Translations under genes and position numbers: made by a program | Notes under the pieces: model-generated | Database searches by the model: none | Seen by the model: the letters and a program-made list of their open reading frames with translations, nothing else | Told to the model about the DNA's origin: nothing | In this document: piece by piece, positions 1 to 7,912 of the stretch | How the letters are laid out: each line of letters opens with the position of its first letter | Position numbering within the stretch: position 1 is the stretch's first letter | IMG/VR virus record: IMGVR_UViG_3300033067_001778 | Location: 1 to 35,271 of that record | Length of the DNA stretch: 35,271 nucleotides | Source: a virus | Taxonomy: Duplodnaviria; Caudoviricetes | Direction: 5' to 3' (one strand)

Positions 1-51
1 TATTTAAAGGTAAAGCCGATCAGATGCACACTCTAAATTAGGATCACCTGA

Positions 52-399
52 TTCTATGTAAACCAAACACTATGCCCAGAGTGTGGAAAATTCTACCGAC
101 CTAACGGTGTTGGTCCCGATGATATTCCAGAGCTCACCACGGTATTGGATAAATTGCCGAGCTCCGCTTTGCTCCGTTATGGTGCCAGGTTTCATGACTG
201 GGCATATCACCTAGGTACCGCATGGGGTCCGCAAGAAGTTGCCGATTTGATGATGTATTGGAAGAACGAGGCAATCATTGCTGAAAAAGGGAAATGGTGG
301 AACAGGTGGTGGTATCGGGCAGCTAACCTTCGAAATTATCAAATAGTCAGAGAGTTTGGTTGGAAATTTTGGAATGATAATGGATGTTGCAAAGGTTAA
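52..399 (+). CDS. phospholipase A2-like / DUF1353-like phage protein (start uncertain)
   Basis: Frame is open from 52 and reads ...CPECGKFYRPNGVGP...FHDWAY...ADLMM...YQIVREFG. The NGxGP/HDxxY/AD/VRxFG pattern is typical of this family. The called TTG start at 145 lies downstream of the NGVGP motif. Confidence 0.55.
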   Translation, partial: FYVNQTLCPECGKFYRPNGVGPDDIPELTTVLDKLPSSALLRYGARFHDWAYHLGTAWGPQEVADLMMYWKNEAIIAEKGKWWNRWWYRAANLRNYQIVREFGWKFWNDNGCCKG

Positions 400-587
400 T
401 TGCTTTTAGGTAGTTCGACTAATTCAACATTCAATCCGAGAGCTCTCAGAGCAAGAATATCCGACCGAGTAATTGTCTTTTTCCCTGTCAAAACTGTTAG
501 GTGTCTCGCAACGTCCGCATCGAAGCAATAGATGTGGACGTTGCCGTAAACTTGTTTTTCGTAGCATTTGATTGTTTTTGTGGTCAT
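396..587 (-). CDS. small conserved phage protein
   Basis: MTTKTIKCYEKQVYGNVHIY...LTGKKTIT...LRALG; AAGGGA RBS upstream; VYG...G.KTLT...LG pattern recalled from small phage proteins. Confidence 0.6.
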   Translation of the reverse strand: MTTKTIKCYEKQVYGNVHIYCFDADVARHLTVLTGKKTITRSDILALRALGLNVELVELPKSN

Positions 588-664
588 ATCGTGTTCCCTT
601 GTGTGTTTGACTGCTATTTGCAGTAACAAGGGAACTATCACTAACGCTTGTATGTGTCAAGGAT

Positions 665-1519
665 TTATTTCGCGTACCAGCAAGCAGGTCTTTCAGGGCA
701 GCTGTTTTTTTCCATTTCAGCTTTTGTTTGCGGAATGATGTCATTGTTCCATTGCTTGTTGCAATATGCACCCAGTTTGTAGGTATCAACTCGGCATTGT
801 GCTTTCGGGTGAGAATCGCTGGTTTTCTTTACTTTTGTCTTGTCTGGTGTCTCATAACTGGGTTCCGGGTCGCCGTTTAGTTCAGCAAGCACTTTGCCAA
901 GCGACAAACCGGCGTCCATGGACAGCTTGCAAACCGAAGTTGAGCAGTTTCCACCGGGTGTAGGCTTAGGCTTTTTCTTCATAAGGTTCCAGCGCCATGA
1001 TAAAGGGCTGTTTTCATCAAAAATCAGCTTCGCGCAGGCAGCTGTGGCGTAAAAATCAGCGTTTCCCTCATTCGCCGCCCAATCGTTATTTGCGTAGAGG
1101 GGAAAGCCAGCAACATGGTGACCAATTTCATGGCATGCTACCATGGCAAAGCCTTCCCTGGTCATGAAAGGATGTTGCGCCAACCCACCGAAGAACGAGA
1201 CGTTCCACGCTGTTCCTGCCTGCTCTGCATATGCATTGACTGTGTCATCGTTCCAATCTCCATAGACATTTAGCGTAGCGCCATGGTTTGAAAAGATCGG
1301 CTCATAGATAGTTCTGATTGCGTCCAAGACATCGTCGAAATCCTGCTCTGTAACTTCGCCAGCTGCATAGTAGCGCCTGGTTATGTGAAAAATGTTTTCC
1401 GGCAAAAAGCTCTTTTTATACCCGTAAGTCCGGGCAGTTTCTCCTGATTGCATCTTTTGCTCAAGAGGCGCGGAACACGCACAAATCATTGCAAAAACCA
1501 AAATCCATAGTGATTTCAT
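665..1519 (-). CDS. zinc metalloprotease lipoprotein (HEXXH)
   Basis: Signal/lipobox-like N-terminus (MICAC), VNAYA, GGLAQHP, ACHEIGHH zinc motif, NEGNADFYA, HPKAQCRVDTY, C-terminal RPACWY. Confidence 0.85.
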   Translation of the reverse strand: MKSLWILVFAMICACSAPLEQKMQSGETARTYGYKKSFLPENIFHITRRYYAAGEVTEQDFDDVLDAIRTIYEPIFSNHGATLNVYGDWNDDTVNAYAEQAGTAWNVSFFGGLAQHPFMTREGFAMVACHEIGHHVAGFPLYANNDWAANEGNADFYATAACAKLIFDENSPLSWRWNLMKKKPKPTPGGNCSTSVCKLSMDAGLSLGKVLAELNGDPEPSYETPDKTKVKKTSDSHPKAQCRVDTYKLGAYCNKQWNNDIIPQTKAEMEKNSCPERPACWYAK

Positions 1520-1625
1520 ATAAATCCCCCCTTTTGTGTGTATGCCATGATTGTACCATATGAGTGTTTGATATGAAAAACTTTCTCAGTTACAATGTAA
1601 TTATGCCAAAAAATGGGGGGGGACT

Positions 1626-1886
1626 ATGGATGCTCAAGCGGTTGTTGCGCTGGTGTGCGCAGCGGCGGGGGGGATAGGCTCCCTTGTATATTTTTTGATG
1701 TCTAATGTTAAAGCGCAGCTGGAACTAGCTACCAAAACCATGATTGATAAAATGGAAAAATTTGTCTCTGAACTAGCTGAAGTGAAAGAGATTGTTGCTG
1801 TTAAAGCCACAATGCTTGATTATCTACAGCGTGAAGTCGAGTCCCTAAAGAAACAGTGTTGGGAATGCCAATCAAAACGAGATTAG
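1626..1886 (+). CDS. small membrane protein (TM + coiled coil), possible holin-like
   Basis: N-terminal hydrophobic helix followed by heptad-rich segment; G-rich RBS. Confidence 0.5.
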   Translation: MDAQAVVALVCAAAGGIGSLVYFLMSNVKAQLELATKTMIDKMEKFVSELAEVKEIVAVKATMLDYLQREVESLKKQCWECQSKRD

Positions 1887-1968
1887 TCCCGGCTCTGGGA
1901 AAATTATGCAATGATAGGGAAAAACAGGTAGGACAACGGAAGAAGGGGAAAGCCGGAACTATCAAGTT

Positions 1969-2571
1969 TTAAAAAGCGAATTCAACTGATACACCAGCTG
2001 TTTTATTTATTCCACCCATCATGCCGAACAATCCAAGTCCAAATGTATCATCAAAGAACCTAGTGTAGCCAAGTCCCGCCAAACCATTGGTGTAAACCGT
2101 AGCATCTTCAGCGTATGGATCCGAAGGCGAAGCTGTCGTGTCGATACCGTCTTGGCCGATAGCACCGATCAAACGAAAAACATTGCGCTTGAACATTGGC
2201 TTTTCTACTTCGACTTTCTTTTCAACAGGCACCTCCCTGACTTTGTCGATGTACACTGTTTTCGTTTCTGCTTTTGGACATTTCGGGCATGTTTCACATT
2301 CGAATTCAACGATTTCTTTTTGTAAGCGTTTAATTTCGGCTTTAAGTTTGGCATTTTCGGCTTTAAAGCTGGCGCAGGGGTCTTTCCTTTTGCACTCGTC
2401 ATCGATAGGGACGAGCTTAAAACCATTGGGGACGGAATGTATTGTGGTTTTTTCTGGCTCTGGTCCCTCGCCGCCGAGCGTAACATCAAAATAGCCGGGA
2501 ACAAGGACAAAAAAGACAGTAATAAAAACGATATAAAACCAATAGTAAATCGTGCTTTTGTTGATAGACAT
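1969..2571 (-). CDS. membrane-anchored protein: TM, coiled coil, C-terminal amphipathic beta strands
   Basis: YYWFYIVFITVFFVLVP TM; FKAENAKLKAEIKRLQKEI coil; ends GLGYTRFF...GVSVEFAF; AAGGA RBS before ATG 2571. Confidence 0.7.
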   Translation of the reverse strand: MSINKSTIYYWFYIVFITVFFVLVPGYFDVTLGGEGPEPEKTTIHSVPNGFKLVPIDDECKRKDPCASFKAENAKLKAEIKRLQKEIVEFECETCPKCPKAETKTVYIDKVREVPVEKKVEVEKPMFKRNVFRLIGAIGQDGIDTTASPSDPYAEDATVYTNGLAGLGYTRFFDDTFGLGLFGMMGGINKTAGVSVEFAF

Positions 2572-2584
2572 TTGAGTTTTCCTT

Positions 2585-3031
2585 TTAATAGCATGGTCCA
2601 TAGTTTTTTATTTGATACTTCCAGGCATCCTGGGCATTTATAGCAACAGTGTTCCACCTATTAAGGATACACGCGCAAACAACGACATAACCGCTCGGAC
2701 ACTGAACGTCAGGGCAAGTAGGCCACGGTGGGTAAACCACAATGATCGGTGGGTACGGCATTGTAGGTGGCATGTTAACGACTGGACTTGGGGAAACTGT
2801 GGGCATCGGTTGTGGATCGCCTTTGTCGCCTTTATCACCCTTGGCACCAGGCTCACCTTTAACACCAGGCTCACCATTAGTTCCTGGCTGGCCGGGCATA
2901 CCTTGCTGGCCCTGGTCGCCTTTGTCGCCTTTCGGGCCTTTGATGGTTTCGACCTTCTCAACTCCTTTACCGCATCCAAGAGCAGTAAGAAGAACTATTG
3001 ATCCAATAATCGCTGTATGTCTCTGTACCAT
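2585..3031 (-). CDS. collagen-like lipoprotein
   Basis: Lipobox LTALGC, continuous Gly-X-Y repeats (GPKGDKGDQGQQG...), Pro-rich linker, Cys-rich C-terminal domain. Confidence 0.85.
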   Translation of the reverse strand: MVQRHTAIIGSIVLLTALGCGKGVEKVETIKGPKGDKGDQGQQGMPGQPGTNGEPGVKGEPGAKGDKGDKGDPQPMPTVSPSPVVNMPPTMPYPPIIVVYPPWPTCPDVQCPSGYVVVCACILNRWNTVAINAQDAWKYQIKNYGPCY

Positions 3032-3213
3032 GTTATTTTCATCCGATTTTCGTTACGCGCCAGCCTATAGACGTGTGCAACGGACATATCTAAGCGAAGC
3101 GCCAATTGTCGTAATGACCCAAATTTTAGCACACCCTGTTTTATGAGCAACTTTCCAGTTGATGGGTGAACATATGTAACCCATGGGTCTTTATACTCAC
3201 GCCTCTTTGCCAT
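2995..3213 (-). CDS. HTH DNA-binding protein (XRE/Cro-like)
   Basis: GSLRQLALRLDMSVAHVYRLARNE HTH; AGGAG RBS before ATG 3213. Confidence 0.7.
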   Translation of the reverse strand: MAKRREYKDPWVTYVHPSTGKLLIKQGVLKFGSLRQLALRLDMSVAHVYRLARNENRMKITWYRDIQRLLDQ

Positions 3214-3313
3214 ACCTGCTCCTTTCACGGTGTTCCTCAGCACACTTCTTGTTAAGGCCGATGTTAGTTTGCTTGGCTTTCACCGTTTAACTGCTGAGGA
3301 ACTTTTCTGATCT

Positions 3314-3341
3314 ATCTTATTTATTTTTGTATTGCAAGCAA
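3314..3341 (-). promoter_or_regulatory. putative sigma70 promoter
   Basis: TTGCTT-N16-TAAGAT on the minus strand, just upstream of the 3232-3302 stem-loop. Confidence 0.35.
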
Positions 3342-3359
3342 AAACCGTATTACAGTTTC

Positions 3360-3542
3360 TCAGAAAGAGTAAACAGTTTTCTTTTTTGGGAAAACTTCAA
3401 AACCCTTTATTATTCGGTATGTATCACTTTCGTGATTTTCTAGAAATTCTCGCAATTCACCATTGTTTTCAGCACAAAACTCAACTTCTTTGACAACATA
3501 AAACTTTGGCTTTTCTCTTTTCAACTCGTTTGAATCTGACAT
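3360..3542 (-). CDS. hypothetical protein
   Basis: 60-aa ORF with AAGGA RBS, divergent from 3613. Confidence 0.6.
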   Translation of the reverse strand: MSDSNELKREKPKFYVVKEVEFCAENNGELREFLENHESDTYRIIKGFEVFPKKKTVYSF

Positions 3543-3588
3543 AAAAAATCCTTTATTTGTCGAATGTAAACATATATATACTCATGTG

Positions 3589-3600
3589 TGTATATACAAT
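3589..3600. promoter_or_regulatory. palindromic operator TGTATATACA(AT), copy 1
   Basis: Identical 12-mer also at 7187-7198 and (reverse) 8389-8400. Confidence 0.6.
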
Positions 3601-3612
3601 ATCTAGGGGAAA

Positions 3613-3798
3613 ATGTTAATGAAAAAACCACCATACATCATAGCATCAATCAGAATTGATGAGGTCGATTGGATAACATTCGGAAGGTTAGTTGATAACA
3701 AATCGGACGCAATACGTAAATATATTAGAGGGGTAGTGGATGAATGTAAAACAAAGGTTAAGAACAATACTGGAAACAAGCAGGTTAAACCAAAATGA
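3613..3798 (+). CDS. ribbon-helix-helix (Arc/CopG-like) regulator
   Basis: Alternating strand IASIRID, then helix, then NKSDAIRKYIR, the RHH pattern. Confidence 0.6.
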   Translation: MLMKKPPYIIASIRIDEVDWITFGRLVDNKSDAIRKYIRGVVDECKTKVKNNTGNKQVKPK

Positions 3799-4042
3799 GA
3801 AGGTCGTTTGTGTCTCAATTTTGGCAAATGACAAAACAAGCATTGGCGACATGCACAATTTTTTAGGCATGTCGTGGAACATGCTGAAAAAAATATGTGA
3901 TAATTTAGTGGAGTACGGTTATATTCAGATTGAGCACAAATTCGTTAAGGGCAAGCGTAAAGACATTTGGAGCCTAACGGAAAAAATCTTTCAAGATGCT
4001 GAAAGCACAGAGAAAGTGTATTACCGTGAAATAAATGATTGA
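3740..4042 (+). CDS. winged-HTH protein
   Basis: SIGDMHNFLGMSWNMLKKICDNLVEYGYIQ + wing ending WSLT. Confidence 0.7.
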   Translation: MNVKQRLRTILETSRLNQNEKVVCVSILANDKTSIGDMHNFLGMSWNMLKKICDNLVEYGYIQIEHKFVKGKRKDIWSLTEKIFQDAESTEKVYYREIND

Positions 4043-4098
4043 CGGGTAAAATTACCAAGTATAAAAATACCCAGAGTTTTCAGAGTAGTTTAGAAATA

Positions 4099-4128
4099 AA
4101 AAAGCACCTGTTTTACCAGATGCTTTTT
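4099..4128. terminator. intrinsic terminator-like hairpin
   Basis: AAAAAGCACCTG-TTTTAC-CAGATGCTTTTT, A/T tails on both sides. Confidence 0.55.
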
Positions 4129-4283
4129 CATTCAAGGGCACTTCTCAAAACCATTATCAGTGTATCACCCACTTAGGGGTTGAAATCAAAGTTACTAGCT
4201 TTGGTTTCGTTGTGTTGAATATACAAAATAATTTTTGTTAGCAACACAAAAAAATCCCTAAATTTAACAAATATGGGGATTTT

Positions 4284-5153
4284 ATGGAAAATCAGTGTAT
4301 TACGGCACAAAAAAAATTGATCGATGTTTATTCCGGCGGCAGACATCTCAATGCCATTGACTCAAACACAACGTTAAACATGTCTCAAAAGCATCTCATG
4401 CTTGTCCTTGGTGCTCAACTTGACTTTAGAGATATCCAAAAATCGAAGCGTTATATAAGCGTAAGAGCTCTATCTGAAAAAATGAGTTGCTCGCCAAGGA
4501 TGATTCACAAAATTACATCCGAATTAAAGGCTATGGGATATATAGAGATTGAACACAGGTTTGAAGATAATAAACAAAAGAGCAATTACTACTCGATAAC
4601 TAACAGGGTTTTTTTAGAGCACTACGACAAAATAGGCTCTGCACAATATTCAGGGGGGGGGGTGAACAATGTGCAGACAGAGATCCCTAAGAAAGAGCTC
4701 CCTCAAGAAAACAAAATAATATCTAAAGATATTATTTTGTGTGCACACACAGCAAATTTGGCTGACATAGTAGATATTGACATCGGTCAAATTGAATTAG
4801 AAATCGAAGAAGAAAAAAGTCCAATACCTGTTCAAGAGCAGTTTGCTACCAGAATCAAAAAACGAGCTTCTGAGCTCGCTAAAGATCGTCCACCAAGGGT
4901 GACATCATCCCATCGTAAAATGATTGCTGTGTTTCGTCCCAAGGCTTCCTTGAAATCGTTCGTCAAAGATAACGACATCTATTTTTTCACTGACCAGGTT
5001 ATAGAAAAGTTTGGCCAAGAAAGTCATGCCATTATGGATAAGCTGTTTACTTATTCAACAGAGCATTGTAAGTGCGGGGAAATCGCATGGGATATCAATC
5101 ATGCTTGGGAATTAATAAATATAGCGAAAAAGGTTTTAGATAATGGCAAATGA
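4284..5153 (+). CDS. replication initiator-like protein with N-terminal wHTH
   Basis: ISVRALSEKMSCSPRMIHKITSELKAMGYIEI...SNYY, followed by a low-complexity linker holding an inverted repeat; lambda O-like layout. Confidence 0.75.
   Translation: MENQCITAQKKLIDVYSGGRHLNAIDSNTTLNMSQKHLMLVLGAQLDFRDIQKSKRYISVRALSEKMSCSPRMIHKITSELKAMGYIEIEHRFEDNKQKSNYYSITNRVFLEHYDKIGSAQYSGGGVNNVQTEIPKKELPQENKIISKDIILCAHTANLADIVDIDIGQIELEIEEEKSPIPVQEQFATRIKKRASELAKDRPPRVTSSHRKMIAVFRPKASLKSFVKDNDIYFFTDQVIEKFGQESHAIMDKLFTYSTEHCKCGEIAWDINHAWELINIAKKVLDNGK
4638..4677. repeat. inverted repeat around G10 run (candidate origin)
   Basis: TCTGCACAATATTCA-G10-TGAACAATGTGCAGA; arms 13/15 complementary. Confidence 0.55.
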
Positions 5154-5796
5154 CTTTGAAAATTCATTCAACAAAAACAGGATGCCTGGAAATGATTTTT
5201 GTGGACTAGACGAAGATAAAAAAGAGGCTTTTGTTGTTACAAAGGCTATTTATCATCCAAGGCTCATTGATAAAAATGGAAAACCGCAATATTTTTTGTC
5301 TAACGAAGAAGTCGATTATGTTTCAAAAAGAGCTCTTGATAAATATGGATTAGACGTAATCAATAAATTCTATGAAAAAATGAAAAGCGAAGATTTGCTT
5401 GGTAAAAGGCATGATTTCTCCTTGCATAGCATGGAACATGATATTGATGTTTTCTTAGGTAAAAAAATAGATAAGAAACCAGAAGAAGAAGTAAAGCAAA
5501 ACCCTGATGAAATAACATGCAGATATTTGCATTTGATATATCAGCCTTTAGATTTAGAAGATATTTTTGCGGAAAAAACTAATGGTAAAATTGTAGATTT
5601 AAATCGGTCAGGTTTGAAAAAATATACTCATAATGATGTGGAAATATTAATGGATTATTGCATCTACCACAATCTTATGGGTAAAAATACCCATTTAGAT
5701 TTCGATTCGGTGCAAAAAGATATTTTGAGAGCAATCAAATGGACGAAAGATCATCCTGAACAATACCACAAAACAAGAGAAACCAGCACTTGCTAA
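5143..5796 (+). CDS. hypothetical protein coupled to initiator
   Basis: 217-aa ORF overlapping the initiator stop. Confidence 0.75.
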   Translation: MANDFENSFNKNRMPGNDFCGLDEDKKEAFVVTKAIYHPRLIDKNGKPQYFLSNEEVDYVSKRALDKYGLDVINKFYEKMKSEDLLGKRHDFSLHSMEHDIDVFLGKKIDKKPEEEVKQNPDEITCRYLHLIYQPLDLEDIFAEKTNGKIVDLNRSGLKKYTHNDVEILMDYCIYHNLMGKNTHLDFDSVQKDILRAIKWTKDHPEQYHKTRETSTC

Positions 5797-5806
5797 ATAT
5801 CCATGG

Positions 5807-5828
5807 TTGATCTATAAAAATAGATCAA
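5807..5828. promoter_or_regulatory. perfect inverted repeat upstream of ERF gene
   Basis: TTGATCTAT-AAAA-ATAGATCAA. Confidence 0.5.
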
Positions 5829-5850
5829 ACTACGATATAGGAGCGTGAAA

Positions 5851-6519
5851 ATGGCAGAACAACAAGAGAAACCAATGATTTATTCTTCAATGGCAAAGAT
5901 TCTTGCTGAAGTCGACAGCGTAGGTAAGGAAAAGACCAGTGTAGGCAAGTTTTCTTTTAAATATCGTGGCATCGACGATGTCTTTAACGCACTTCATAGT
6001 GCATTCGCTGCTCATGGCGTCTTTATGACACAAGAGCTCCTGGAACACAGCACTGAAGTCATTGAAGGACGTGGTCTGCACCATATCGCAAAGTATCGTT
6101 TCACGTTCTTGGCAATCGATGGCTCATACGTGCAATGCATTTGTGGCGGTGAGTGTATTGAAAACGGAGACAAAGGGTTAGGCAAAACTGCCAGCTATGC
6201 ATTAAAGACGTGCCTACTGCAAACTTTCCTGATCCCGACCGAGGATGATAGCAAAGACCCGGATAGCACCAATCAGCCACTTCCACAAAACTACAGCAGG
6301 CAGCAAGCAGCGCCAGCTAGGAACGTCTTGGATGCAAGCAAGTATGTTGTGTTGAAAGACGCAATCATCAAGATATTAAACACTCCAGGGGTCGATTGGG
6401 TTGCAAAGACTGGTAAAAGTTTGGAGTATCTAACGGAAAAGACAAATGCCGAAACAGACATAGGCAAGCTAAATAGTTTCTGGACGACTATTCAGAAGTT
6501 GATTCAATCCGAGTCATAG
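5851..6519 (+). CDS. erf: ERF-family single-strand annealing protein
   Basis: FKYRGIDDVFNAL...IDGS...GDKGLGKTASYALKTCLLQTFLIPTEDD..DPD ERF signature. Confidence 0.9.
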   Translation: MAEQQEKPMIYSSMAKILAEVDSVGKEKTSVGKFSFKYRGIDDVFNALHSAFAAHGVFMTQELLEHSTEVIEGRGLHHIAKYRFTFLAIDGSYVQCICGGECIENGDKGLGKTASYALKTCLLQTFLIPTEDDSKDPDSTNQPLPQNYSRQQAAPARNVLDASKYVVLKDAIIKILNTPGVDWVAKTGKSLEYLTEKTNAETDIGKLNSFWTTIQKLIQSES

Positions 6520-6564
6520 GGTAGATTTTCAGCTAATCAGCTTCAAAATATCGTGGTTCTAGGT

Positions 6565-6591
6565 GTCGGCATTCCTTGGATGTCGACTTTT
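6565..6591 (+). terminator. intrinsic terminator between convergent genes
   Basis: GTCGGCAT-TCCTTGG-ATGTCGAC-TTTT. Confidence 0.55.
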
Positions 6592-7129
6592 ATCCCAATT
6601 GTACACCCTGCTTTGTTGCCCATTCCTGAAGATCGGTAAAGGTTTTGATAACCGTACCATCCTCAAAAGTAAGTGACTTTCCAGCTTCTAGCACTTTGAT
6701 TAAATCTTCGAACGTGGGAATCGTGCCGCCGCCACGCAGTGCTTGGGATTTTGCCAGACAAATCGGGCAGAGCTCAAATCTCGTGGTATATGACTCATTG
6801 AAAACATCGGCGGTGATAACAGCAACAGGAACCTGGCTCACTTCTGAGTATAGGACATAGTTAAGCGGCTCGACCGTTATTTTTTCACCATTACCTAGCG
6901 TTACAGTCCCGTTAATGCAGACCCGTATTGTTTTGGGAACAGCCTGAAAATAGTTCGATACATCTTGGCTCTTGACGATATCTTCAGGCTGGAATGCTGT
7001 GGGCGGTGCTATCGGTTCCGGTACGTCTAAAAAGATGTTTTCGACATATGGCAATACACTGTAAGGTGTCCATTGTTTGGCATAAACCCTTTTGGGCATC
7101 CTGGTATAAAGTTTTCCGAAATCAGGCAT
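6590..7129 (-). CDS. PGDYG-like phage protein with insertion and C-terminal extension
   Basis: YTRMPKRVYAKQW ... TLGNGEKITVEPLNYVL ... ADVFNESY resembles the YxKKP-V.A.QW / PGDYII / DIF..TY family. Confidence 0.55.
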   Translation of the reverse strand: MPDFGKLYTRMPKRVYAKQWTPYSVLPYVENIFLDVPEPIAPPTAFQPEDIVKSQDVSNYFQAVPKTIRVCINGTVTLGNGEKITVEPLNYVLYSEVSQVPVAVITADVFNESYTTRFELCPICLAKSQALRGGGTIPTFEDLIKVLEAGKSLTFEDGTVIKTFTDLQEWATKQGVQLG

Positions 7130-7186
7130 ATATGCTCCTCTATTGACATGACATTAGTAAAACAATAACATGATCTATATAGGATA

Positions 7187-7198
7187 TGTATATACAAT
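7187..7198. promoter_or_regulatory. palindromic operator TGTATATACA(AT), copy 2
   Basis: In the divergent intergenic region 7130-7222. Confidence 0.6.
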
Positions 7199-7222
7199 TT
7201 CTAATTAAAAGGGGGGGTTCTC

Positions 7223-7531
7223 ATGGCCGAGAAAAGTACTTATGATTTAGTTTGCGAGCAGCTTGCAAATGATGTCTTAGTCCAAGCAAGGGCGAGTAAT
7301 CAGTCGTTTATTAGCAATATGGCTGGCATCAATTCTGTCCATGCACGGTGCGCGCAAGTCATAGACAAGCGTATTGCCGAATTTGATATTGATAAGGCAC
7401 GGGCTCAGAGCGCAATCGATCCGACAAGTCAAAGCTTCTGGCTGACTAAAGGCAACGCAGATAGCGGCAACGTGCAAATCGGCACAGCACAATTGATGGA
7501 GATTTTGCGGCAAGTACAAGCCAAGAAATAA
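7223..7531 (+). CDS. hypothetical protein, tandem paralog A (possibly Reb-like)
   Basis: 102 aa, A/S/Q/N-rich; 64/101 identical to 7574-7879 by manual ungapped alignment. Confidence 0.85.
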   Translation: MAEKSTYDLVCEQLANDVLVQARASNQSFISNMAGINSVHARCAQVIDKRIAEFDIDKARAQSAIDPTSQSFWLTKGNADSGNVQIGTAQLMEILRQVQAKK

Positions 7532-7573
7532 TACGCGCGCGTGTTTTAAACTTCCAAGGAAAGGATCCAAATC

Positions 7574-7879
7574 ATGGCTGAATCAAGTGTTTTAGAACTC
7601 ATTAATTCGCAATTTGCAAACGACATCGGGCTGCAGGCTCGTGCAAGTAATCAGGCTTTTGTAAGTTTGATGGCTGGCAACAACTCCATTCACTCAAGGT
7701 GCGCTCAAGTGCTTGACAAAAGAGTAGCTGAGTATGATATCGAGGAAGCACGCGCTACAAGTGCGATTGATCCGGTATCGCAAAGCTACATGCTTAGTAA
7801 AGCTGCACAGGATTCCGGTAATGTGCAAGTCAATTCGGCGATTTTACTTGAGATCTTAAGATCAAGTCAGGCAAAATAA
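7574..7879 (+). CDS. hypothetical protein, tandem paralog B (possibly Reb-like)
   Basis: 101 aa; AAGGA RBS; paralog of 7223-7531. Confidence 0.85.
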   Translation: MAESSVLELINSQFANDIGLQARASNQAFVSLMAGNNSIHSRCAQVLDKRVAEYDIEEARATSAIDPVSQSYMLSKAAQDSGNVQVNSAILLEILRSSQAK

Positions 7880-7912
7880 AAGGGAGAAACTTCACTACAA
7901 CTCCTTAGCCGG

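Noticed and set aside
2612-3146. Plus-strand ORFs with Gly/Pro periodicity (2612-3001, 2742-3146)
   Set aside because: Antisense shadows of the collagen-like gene
3232-3302. c-di-GMP-I riboswitch (GAAA tetraloop, GCAAA)
   Set aside because: Element order and second stem do not fit the consensus; kept only as an unclassified structured leader
7223-7879. Paralog pair as a DGR template/variable repeat
   Set aside because: Differences are not adenine-specific, both copies are intact genes, and no reverse transcriptase is present
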